A DNA stretch of 30,500 nt from Macrostomum lignano (taxonomy: Eukaryota), in the NCBI GenBank assembly GCA_002269645.1, contig NIVC01003450.1, positions 1 through 30,500 of the forward strand, given 5' to 3'. This document shows, in pieces, positions 23,001 through 30,500 of the stretch. The translations under genes and the position numbers were made by a program. The notes under the pieces are model-generated. The model was not told the DNA's origin. It saw only the letters and a program-made list of their open reading frames with translations, and searched no databases. The first letter of the stretch is position 1. Each line of letters opens with the position of its first letter.

Positions 23001-26000
23001 AGCGATGTCAATTAGCAGCTCTTCGTCGCAGCGACCTTCAGATTCGGCGATCAAGTCGACTTGCACAACTTTGGCGGTGCCGGGCGGCACAACGTCGGCT
23101 GCGGGCTGAATCTGGAAGGCGCCGGCCTGCAGCTTGCCCTGACCGCCGGCCTCGGCTCTGCGGCACAGAGTTGAGAAGAAGCGTTGCTTCAGCAGACTGT
23201 CTATGGCAATTCTGGTAAATCCATTTCTGTGTGAAAGCTTACAGCTGAAACTTTGGGAATTCCTCGGAATCTATGGGAAATCCCTGTATCTTTTGGGAAT
23301 CCTCAGAATCTATGGGAAATATGTGTATCTTTTGGGAATCCTCAGAATCTATGGGAAATATTTTAATCTTTGGGGAATCCTGTGTATCTTTTGGGAAATA
23401 TTTTAATCTTTGGGGAATCCTGTGTATCTTTTGGGAATCCTCGAATCTATGGGAAATCCCTGTATCTTTTGGGAATCCTCAGAATCTATGGGAAACCTGT
23501 GTATCTTTTGGGAATCCTCGAATCTTTGGGAAATCCCTGTATCTTTTGGGAGTCCTCAGAATCTATGGGAAACCTGTGTATCTTTTGGAAATCCTCAGAA
23601 TCTTTGGGAAATCCCTGTATCTTTTGGGAATCCTCAGAATCTATGGGAAACCTGTGTATCTTTTGGAAATCCTCAGAATCTTTGGGAAATCCCTGTATCT
23701 TTTTGGAATACTCAGAATCTATGGGAAATCTGTGTATCTTTGGGGAATCCTCAGAATCCATGGGAAATCCCTGTATCTTTTGGGAATCCTCAGAATCCAT
23801 GGGAAATCCCTGTATCTTTGGGGAATCCTCAGAATCTATGGGAAATCTGTGTATCTTGTGGGAATCCTCGAATCTATGGGAAATCCCTGTATCTTTTGGG
23901 AATCCTCAGAGTCTATGGGAAATCCCTGTATCTTTGGGGAATCCTCAGAATCTATGGGAAATCCCTGTATCTTTTGGGAATCCTCAGAATCCATGGGAAA
24001 TCCCTGTGTTTTGGGAATCCTCAGAGTCTATGGGAAATCCCTGTATCTTTGGGGAATCCTCGAATCTATGGGAAATCCCTGTATCTTTTGGGAATCCTCA
24101 GAGTCTATGGGAAATCCCTGTATCTTTGGGGAATCCTCAGAATCTATGGGAAATCCCTGTATCTTTTGGGAATCCTCAGAATCCATGGGAAATCCCTGTA
24201 TTTTGGGAATCCTCAGAGTCTATGGGAAATCCCTGTATCTTTGGGGAATCCTCAGAATCTATGGGAAATCCCTGTATCTTTTGGGAATCCTCAGAGTCTA
24301 TGGGAAATCCCTGTATCTTTTGGGAATCCTCAGAGTCTATGGGAAATCCCTGTATCTTTTGGGAATCCTCAGAGTCTATGGGAAATCCCTGTATCTTTTG
24401 GGAATCCTCAGAATCCATGGGAAATCCCTGTGTTTTGGGAATCCTCAGAATCTATGGGAAATCCCTGTATCTTTAATGAATCCTCAAGATCTATGGGAAA
24501 CCCCTGGATCTCTGTAAAAAGTCCCCTAATCTACAGGAAATCTCTGGATCTGTAGGAAATTCCCCTAACCTGTATCAAAGGGAAATCTCCGTATTCCTGA
24601 GAAATACCTAAAACCGGGGAAAATCTTTCGACCTATGTAAAATCCCTGTCTGGGTCCGAAATGAGAGCTTCCCAGTGATACTTATGCGAACTGGCCATAT
24701 TGCTAAGGCGCTATATGATGCTTCTAAAAATAGCATCAAGCATCAAAATTTTATAATTTCCCTTTCCAATAGCGATAGCGATAGCACTGGGTTAAAGCGG
24801 CATCAATCAAAGGAAAAGTGGAAATCAAAAAATTAAAAAAGTAAAAGGCTAACAATATTCATGAAAGATTAACCGCAGAAAATTACGCAGAATCTTAGCA
24901 AATAAATCAATATTTAGGATAGGCTCAGAGTCAGAATCAAAGATTTTTTAAACCATTCCAAGAAAGCCCCAGAAAACAAAGAAGACGACTAGTAAAAATT
25001 CAAACAGATTTTCTAAGAAAGCTGCCAGACTAATTAAGCGGATGGGGTACCGGATTCGGTTCCAGCTGACGCGGGAAGACAGGCCTCGATTCGGTTCGAG
25101 CGCTCTGTTTGGTTCGCTGCAACACATTTTAGTTATTATTGATGTATATATTTAAGGTTTATCTGCCTACTGGTACTGTGGACGGAAGGGACATTTGACT
25201 ATGGACAGGTGCGAGAATTTTTTACAACTTATTGAGCGAATAATTTTTAAGAAATTCTCAATTGAAAACTGCCTTACACACAATTAAGATGATTGCAGGT
25301 TAATTAACTGATAAGGAAAAAGATGTTTTACTACCTGAGTGGGGTTAATAATTATTATCATACCTGCTTATTGCTTTCTATAAAGAATGGCATATACTGT
25401 ATTTACTTGATAAGGTTCGGCTAGACTAAGCATGCTAAAATATATTTGCTAATAGTAAGAAAAAATTGGTTAAATTATCATTGTTATGAGCTCGCGCAAA
25501 CGTTAAAAAAATCAAATAAGAAAGCCCAATCAGTATCAGTACATCGGATCAAGGTTAAAGGTTCGTGTTAGTAAGAACGTAATTAGCAATCTACGGGTTG
25601 TAAAATTTTTATTAACAAATTTAATATCTACAGATTTTAAAACACTGGATAGGCCACTTTCTATCAATGCATTTTGTCCCTTTTGGTCATAGACAAGATC
25701 TCGGAGCCAATAAAAACGCGGGTTTAACTCCCCTTTTGCATGTCGTCCCTTTTGGCCATACACAAAAGCTCAGAGCCAATTAAAATGCGGGTTTAACTCT
25801 CCATTTGCATCTCGTCCCTTTTGGCCATAGACAAAAGCTCGGAGCCAATTAAAACGCGGGTTTAACTCTCCATTTGCATCTCGTCCCTTTTGGCCATAGA
25901 CAAAAGCTCGGAGCCAATTAAAACGCGGGTTTAATCTAAGCAGTGTCATCAACTAAGAGAGCGGCGCATCGAGTGTTTTAGTATCTGTTCTCAGCTGTTT

Positions 26001-29000
26001 AAAAGTACAAATTTGTTTCGGGGAGAGAAATGAAGCTGACCTGATGGCTTCCACTTTTTTCGGTTTGACTACCGACCGGCCCGAGCTCGAGCCGTCGCGT
26101 GACTTTGACCGCTTGAGAGGCGCAGGCAGGCTGTGAAATTAAATTATAAAACATCGGTGAATACATTCATATGGAACGCGTGACACGAAAGTTAAGTGAT
26201 TTTGTGAACGGAGCAAAAAAGCTACGCACAGAGTACATGATTTTTTGACAAAAATTTTAACTGGGTTAGGAAGAAAGGCCTATGCATTCTCATAAACAGT
26301 TTACATTCTGCCGAGGCCTTTGGAGCCCCTGCCGAACTGCCCGGGGGCCTTGCTGGCAGCGGCAAGGTTGGCTCTGGATGCCATCAGCTGCTGCTGCGAG
26401 CTGCTGCTGTCTTTAAGGCCGTTACTAGGTGAAATCTCTGTCTGCTGCTGTTGTGGCTGCTGCTGCTGCTGACTGTGAAATGTGCCCGAAAATTTCCAAC
26501 AATTTTTTTATTTTCGGTTCCGAGTTATTTGCTTTTTGAGTTGTTATTTCCCAAATTCAATGGATCCTATTTTCGTGCATTGAATCTATTTATAGATTTT
26601 TTTCTGGATTCCCTTGTGTGTACGCATCTCGCCAAATCTATTTATAGCTCTTTTTTGGATTTCCCTCCCCCGTGCGTACACACAACCACTGTAGATCCTA
26701 TTCGTAAATACTTTTATCTGGGACTTCCCCAAGTTATTTATAGACTCTGCTAAGTGGACTGATTTCACATTTCCTTTCCTTTATTGGTCACATATTCTGA
26801 TTTTTTGCACTTGCTTAGACAATTCATCAACAGACAACATTGAAGCGCACACCAACTATACAACTTAAAAGTACATACAATCTTACAAAATAGTACAAAT
26901 ATTATAAGACAACATTAGAATCTGCCAACTGAACAAATGGGCAGCACAGACAGGCTTTTTTGTCAGCACCAAACAGGCGAGTATTGAAATAAGGGTGACA
27001 AGGTTGAACTGAATGCAACACACATAGCGGTAGATTGCGATTCAAAATAGAATCCAGCCATCAGGCCACTGCTGCTGGGCACAGCAACTGGTATCATACA
27101 TATAACACACTAATAATGGGGGAGGTCTAACCTCGAGACCGGTTTCTGGCTTGTTCGCCTTCGTCAGTTGCGCACAGACTGACTTTCTTTTATGGCGAAA
27201 TTTTTCGGGCTACTGTGAGAGATTTTACGATTCAAATCTTTATTCGTCTACTTTTCTCAGTAGTCTAAATTGGATCTTTCGCAATCCATCATCTGAAAAC
27301 ATCTAGGAATTGTCGACTGGGGGAGGCCAAATTTATAATAAAAAATAATCTTGCTTAATGGGGCGCAGGTGCGAACAGAGAAAGGGAGAGGGTTGACGGG
27401 CAACACGCCAACAGAGCTTGCTTTATATATACTTACTATCAACGGAGGATAGCCGGAACCATTAAATAAGCACACAAAAAAGCATTATCCACACGGGGCT
27501 AAGCGGACGCAAACGCGAAAGCAAATACACGAAAGCACACAAATTACTCTACTGACTTATCAAATCTGGAACTCAGCCAGCTCCAGTTGAGCACTCTGCG
27601 CGTGTGGGAAATCGAAAATTTTAATCATTGAATTCGCACGTCAAGACCGATCAATTCACCGTAAACGGTGATTTTGCAATGATTTCTAGGAAAAAATTGT
27701 CGCCATTTTAAAGTACGAGCATGACGTATTTTCCTACCCAGCCGGCGGAACGACCGCTTCGCTAAAAATGCAAACCATATGCGATGCAGGGAGTTCAATT
27801 GACAGGCATATGTTCAACAGGTGTTTCAGGTAATTCTCAAGACGATAGCTCAAGTAGATGCATGAGTCGGACTCACCCTTTGCCGCCTTTGCCAGCCGTG
27901 GCCGCCGCGGCCATCGCCTCCTTCACTTTGGGATCCTCAATCGTCTTCCTGGTGATGACGAACCGGAACTCGTGCTGGCCGCGGTTCTCGATCTGGAAGG
28001 AGCGCGTCTTCCTCGACTGTACCATCACGGCGCCGAAGTTGAGATCGGCCGACGGCGCGATGACGAACTTGGAGTAGACGGCCTGGGCGCTGACCTTCAC
28101 CGGGATGGAGGCGATGAGTTCGCCGTTGTCGCCAAGAGACGGCTCGATGACCTCGCAGAACAGCAGCTCCTGCAGTTTGACGGCCACCTCACGGTTGGAC
28201 CGGAAGGTGATGCCGATCGGCACGGTGCGGTCGTTGGGCTGCAGGATGCCCGCCGCCGGCTGAATGTCGAACAGCTCCTCCAGCTTGATGGGCGCTTTGC
28301 ACCGCCGGCAGTTGCCGGAGGTCTCGTCAGTGCGGCAGCGGCACTTCAGCACGAAGCGGTAGCGGATCTCGTAGCCGCCTTTGTTCTTCAAGCTCAGCTG
28401 CACTTTCTCCTCTTCGCCGACTTTTTTAACGCCGAAATCGACCGAACCGTCGTTGCCTTTGGGGAAGCTGAGGTCGATGGCAACGTCGTAAGCCTCGGCC
28501 GAGATGTTGACCGTCAGGGTCTCGAGCACGCCAAGGATGTTGTCGACGTCGAATGTCTCGATTCGAATGGAGCGCTTCTGGCTCAGTTTATAGGGCCGCA
28601 TCGCCCGGAAGAAAAAGTTGACGCAGCCTTCTGACTTTGGCTCCAACGTGCCGGAGTCCTGATTGACCGAGAAGTCCTCTCCGAGCACCTCCAGACCGGA
28701 GATTCGCCAGTTGATGGGCAGGGCGTCTCGTTCCGCATGAACAGCTGCTTGACGTCCTTGCGCTGGAGCAGCACCTTCTCGAACTGCAGCGCCGTTTTGT
28801 CCAGCAGCAGCTTTGGCCGCACGCATTCGCAGGCCAGCCTGAGCAGGATTGGCTCCGGATTCTCGCGGACGCAGGCCACGATGGCGTCCTCGTAGCGGAG
28901 CTCTTTGAGCGGGTGCGCCCACACGGTGAGCGGCTGCGACTCGCCCGGGGCCAGAGTCATCGCCGCCGGCTCGAACGAGAATGTCTCGCCTTTGACGTCG

Positions 29001-29393
29001 TTCAGCAGGCAGAAGTTGATGTCAGCCTCCATGGGCTGGAGTTGTGTATGGTGAAGGTCTCGCGGTTCTCCGGATAGACGCCGTCCTTGATTTTGTCTTT
29101 GGTTTTGCCAACCAGCAGCGGCCCGAACTCGAACACCTCGTGGCCAGGATGTACTTTTTGCTGACCACCTCGTCCTTGGCTTTGGCCTTCCTGCGCTGCG
29201 GGAACAGAATCCTGGGCTCCCGGCTGATGGTGGGGAAGGCGCACAGGCCGCGGCAGAAGAGCTGGTAGCGGTGCGCCAGCCCTGGATCTCGAAGTTGAGC
29301 GTCTGGTCGAACTGGCCCAGCTCGTCCGACATGAATCGGGTGCGGATTCTGACCACCCCGTTCGGCGGGATCACCCAGCGGTAGGTGCCGATC
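10221..29393 (-). CDS. HYDIN: HYDIN (axonemal central pair apparatus protein), 3' half of a multi-exon gene; 5' part lies beyond 30500
   Basis: Joined exons give about 2,520 codons of tandem ASH/Ig-like domains with motifs I recognise from HYDIN: FEFGPLLVGK, FEKVLLQRKD, DLSFPKG, SIFEEH, GEGYEDEVTFENL, HFGDC, SDYLTGAKRNPEL, LPDGTGLLYNLLG, PPKPQGPF and C-terminal WVYYLRG. All junctions are GT-AG and phase-compatible. Six single-base deficits must be restored. Identification is from recall, not a database search. Confidence 0.93.
11055..11281. repeat. 24/25-bp minisatellite in the last HYDIN intron
   Basis: ctctgagtacaga(t/g)ggagagacc(a/g)t, about 9 copies. Confidence 0.9.
11322..12093 (-). CDS. 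HYDIN: HYDIN penultimate exon (772 bp)
   Basis: Acceptor ctcgcag|G CCC ACG; donor ATC GAC|gtaata; 5' part of ORF 10221-12014. Confidence 0.9.
12140..12425 (-). repeat. Inverted, diverged copy of the 9790-10105 element, inside HYDIN intron 12094-12576
   Basis: Its reverse complement matches both flanks (atctgcatttcatttt..att.tttcta and ctaattcgttaa..gatctttatagtg) and the 60-mer. Confidence 0.85.
12577..13256 (-). CDS. HYDIN: HYDIN exon (680 bp, one apparent 1-bp deletion near 13001)
   Basis: Acceptor ctcgcag|G GAG GCT; donor TTT AA|gtgagt. Protein passes from ORF 12971-13231 into ORF 12573-13313. Confidence 0.88.
13385..13929 (-). CDS. HYDIN: HYDIN exon (545 bp)
   Basis: Acceptor cacccag|CTG GAC TTC; donor CCA AG|gttggt; within ORF 13228-13953. 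Confidence 0.9.
13963..14150. repeat. Degenerate 7-bp repeat (atgacct/atgaccg/ataaccg)
   Basis: Direct inspection; within intron 13930-14320. Confidence 0.85.
14321..15086 (-). CDS. HYDIN: HYDIN exon (766 bp, one apparent 1-bp deletion near 14865)
   Basis: Acceptor cccgcag|GC GCC AAG; donor GGA CAG|gtgaga. Protein passes from ORF 14635-14973 into ORF 14258-14923. Confidence 0.88.
15180..16411. mobile_element. Non-autonomous hAT-type DNA transposon, 1232 bp
   Basis: Perfect 14-bp TIRs TAGGGGTGTTCGGG/CCCGAACACCCCTA; perfect 8-bp TSD CACTTGAG (15172-15179 and 16412-16419); dense subterminal CCCGAA/CCCGAC repeats; AT-rich interior with no transposase ORF. Confidence 0.9.
17206..18087 (-). CDS. 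HYDIN: HYDIN exon (882 bp)
   Basis: Acceptor ctctcgcag|CC GCC AAG; donor ACG G|gttagt. One continuous frame AKHNHLHFGDCYL...FELPQSDYLT. Confidence 0.92.
18190..18960. repeat. 23-bp minisatellite (catactgaggatctttgaggtcc), roughly 33 copies
   Basis: Direct inspection. Confidence 0.96.
19367..19600 (-). CDS. Candidate in-frame cassette exon of HYDIN (234 bp, phase 1-1), S/G/Q/R-rich
   Basis: Acceptor tttcccccag|CA TCT TTG; donor GGG CTT G|gtaaaa. Stop-free (ORF 19329-19595 frame) and the same phase as host intron 18088-21131. Confidence 0.45.
19995..20267. mobile_element. 273-bp GC-rich insertion with a 16-bp target-site duplication (SINE-like or short non-LTR retroelement fragment)
   Basis: GTAAACAACTTGCTAA occurs at 19979-19994 and 20268-20283; the interior is much more GC-rich than the flanks. 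No obvious poly(A) tail or tRNA A/B boxes seen. Confidence 0.65.
20290..20510 (-). repeat. Interspersed repeat; a diverged inverted copy spans about 29665-30500 and is split by the MITE
   Basis: Reverse complement of 20290-20510 aligns with 29665-29814 and then 30412-30500 (e.g. cagcacattt, ttcagttcagtagtaa, ttccagcctaa.gctgcc, atgtacatttcag.ggactgg). Confidence 0.8.
21132..21258 (-). CDS. HYDIN: HYDIN exon (127 bp), VGEGYEDEVTFENL...
   Basis: Acceptor ccggcag|GTC GGC; donor AAC G|gtgagg. Confidence 0.9.
21562..21728 (-). CDS. HYDIN: HYDIN exon (167 bp; tandem CAGCAG acceptor allows a start at 21728 or 21725)
   Basis: Within ORF 21553-21777 (HTAALMLEPGQ...DNQYEDTLVHL); donor CTG|gtaagc. Confidence 0.88.
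21936..22027. repeat. 16-bp tandem (gctagcaacacatccg), about 5.5 copies, next to a splice donor
   Basis: Direct inspection. Confidence 0.9.
22044..22837 (-). CDS. HYDIN: HYDIN exon (794 bp)
   Basis: Within ORF 21985-22932; acceptor accgcag|A GAC, donor GAA A|gtgagt. Confidence 0.9.
22978..23157 (-). CDS. HYDIN: HYDIN exon (180 bp), AEAGGQGKLQAGAFQIQP...EELLIDIADRDPAID
   Basis: Acceptor gccgcag|A GCC; donor GAC AG|gtgagc. Not in the ORF track; translated by hand. Matches the HYDIN EE..IDI..RDP segment. Confidence 0.85.
23255..24500. repeat. About 39-bp minisatellite (gaatctatgggaaatccctgtatcttttgggaatcctca), roughly 30 copies
   Basis: Direct inspection; unit length varies by a few bp. Confidence 0.96.
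25051..25116 (-). CDS. HYDIN: Possible HYDIN linker exon (66 bp, phase 2-2), EPNRALEPNRGLSSRVSWNRI
   Basis: Acceptor tgttgcag|C GAA; weak donor ATC CG|gtaccc. Stop-free GC island; the frame is kept whether it is included or skipped. Confidence 0.4.
25679..25934. repeat. 69-bp tandem repeat, about 3.7 copies
   Basis: cttttggccatagacaaaagctcggagccaattaaaacgcgggtttaactctccatttgcatctcgtcc. Confidence 0.9.
26041..26130 (-). CDS. HYDIN: Probable HYDIN linker exon (90 bp, phase 2-2), LPAPLKRSKSRDGSSSGRSVVKPKKVEAI
   Basis: Acceptor tttcacag|C CTG; donor ATC AG|gtcagc. Stop-free and phase-compatible. Confidence 0.6.
26305..26472 (-). CDS. HYDIN: Probable HYDIN linker exon (168 bp, phase 2-2), QQQQQPQQQQTEISPSNG...SKGLGR
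   Basis: Acceptor tttcacag|T CAG; donor AGA AT|gtaaac. Stop-free, GC-richer island in an AT-rich intron, and phase fits both neighbours. Confidence 0.6.
27877..29393 (-). CDS. HYDIN: HYDIN exon (phase 2-2), 1517 bp, with four apparent 1-bp deletions near 29273, 29140, 29034 and 28722
   Basis: Acceptor cggcag|G ATC GGC at 29393; donor AAA GG|gtgagt at 27877. HYDIN-like protein is spread over ORFs 28583-29374, 29022-29435, 29002-29244 and 27873-28922. 1517+4=1521 is a multiple of 3. Confidence 0.88.
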
Positions 29394-29814
29394 CTGCCGC
29401 GGGAATTTAAAATAAAGAGCAGTGTATTTAAACAAAATATTGATTGTTATAAATCAACTCAAATTTAAAAACATGGACAATAAAGTTGGAAATTCGAAGA
29501 AAACACAAAAACAAGCGTAAAAAAGAAAAAATTTCAAATAAAAATGTGGCACCAGTTTAATTTAGATTCTAAAAGTCTATCAGCTGAAAAAAAAGTTACA
29601 GAAATACTTATGTACGAGCTATCCGATTAAAAAAAACGAAAGACCACAGATACTAGAGTAACTCGACGGGCCTTTCAGCACATTTGTCTGTAAGCTACTT
29701 CAGTTCAGTAGTAAGTTAAACAGAAGCATTTTATTGTAAGATATTTTTAAAGCCAAGGCTCAATTTATTGGCTCTTATCCCCAGCATAAAACCTCCAATC
29801 AAGCCTTTCCACAC

Positions 29815-30411
29815 GGGTACCTCTTATTTCGCCGATTCTCGTTTCGCCGAATCTCATTTCGCCGATTCTCGTTTCGCCGAAATTAATTTCATAACCATCT
29901 GGATATTAGACCATAGACAACTACACTAATGCAAATGTGATTTAGATGTCTACAATGGCTTGAAAAATAAAATATTGTATTAGTAATATTGCGCGAGTAT
30001 TTACCTACCATAGCCTTTTCGCAGCTTAATTTCGTTAGCTTACCAGCATTACGAGCGTAGTTTTAACTCATTCAATTCAGAAGCAATAAAATCACTTATT
30101 TATTTCACCAGAAAAGCCACGTCCACCAGAAACGATTTCAATCGGCATTTTTGTATTTCACAACCTCCTACCATACATATATACCACTGGCTATAGACTT
30201 TTTACCATAGACTATGCAGAAGGAAGAATTCTTAATTTTAACTTGATTTTTTAAGCCATAGACATCTAAATCACATTTGCATTAGTGTAGTTGTCTATGG
30301 TCTAATGTCCAGATGGTTATGAAATTAATTTCGGCGAAACGAGAATCGGCGAAATGAGATTCGGTGAAACGAGAATCGGCGAAATGAGAATCGGCGAAAT
30401 GAGAGGTACCC
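29815..30411. mobile_element. Mutator-like (MULE) MITE/foldback element, 597 bp
   Basis: TIRs of about 150 and 165 bp starting GGGTACCTCT, with internal 15-bp subrepeats (tttcgccgattctc[a/g]); 9-bp TSD with one mismatch, TTTCCACAC (29806-29814) and TATCCACAC (30412-30420). Confidence 0.85.
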
Positions 30412-30500
30412 TATCCACACTACCCCGCCCCGCCACCAAATTTTGATTGCCTTTCTCGGAATTCCAGCCTAAGGCTGCCATGTACATTTCAGCGGACTGG

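Noticed and set aside
23203-24555. ORFs of 368-414 aa
   Set aside because: Frame-hopping translations of the 39-bp minisatellite in a HYDIN intron on the opposite strand.
12990-29280. Programmed ribosomal frameshifting as the explanation for the HYDIN frame breaks
   Set aside because: No shared slippery heptamer or common downstream structure, and six successive events would leave almost no full-length protein.

Overview
This is eukaryotic (animal-type) genomic DNA, not prokaryotic. The minus strand carries the 3' half of a spliced HYDIN gene (ciliary central-pair protein with tandem ASH/Ig-like domains). I traced 14 exons by hand from 29393 down to the stop at 10221, about 2,520 codons, all with GT-AG junctions of matching phase. 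The frame only closes if six single missing bases are restored inside three exons; each can be repaired by adding one C to a C or C-run. This is most likely assembly error. The introns hold minisatellites, a non-autonomous hAT-like element with an 8-bp TSD, a Mutator-like MITE with a 9-bp TSD, a 273-bp insertion with a 16-bp TSD, and candidate extra exons. The 10 kb downstream of HYDIN (1-10200) is almost all nested tandem repeats with higher-order duplications. GC-rich exons, dense minisatellites and intron style suggest a flatworm such as Macrostomum, but that is inference only. I found no CRISPR array, RNA gene or clearly new biological system. Nearly all long ORFs in the supplied track are repeat translations or antisense shadows of HYDIN.
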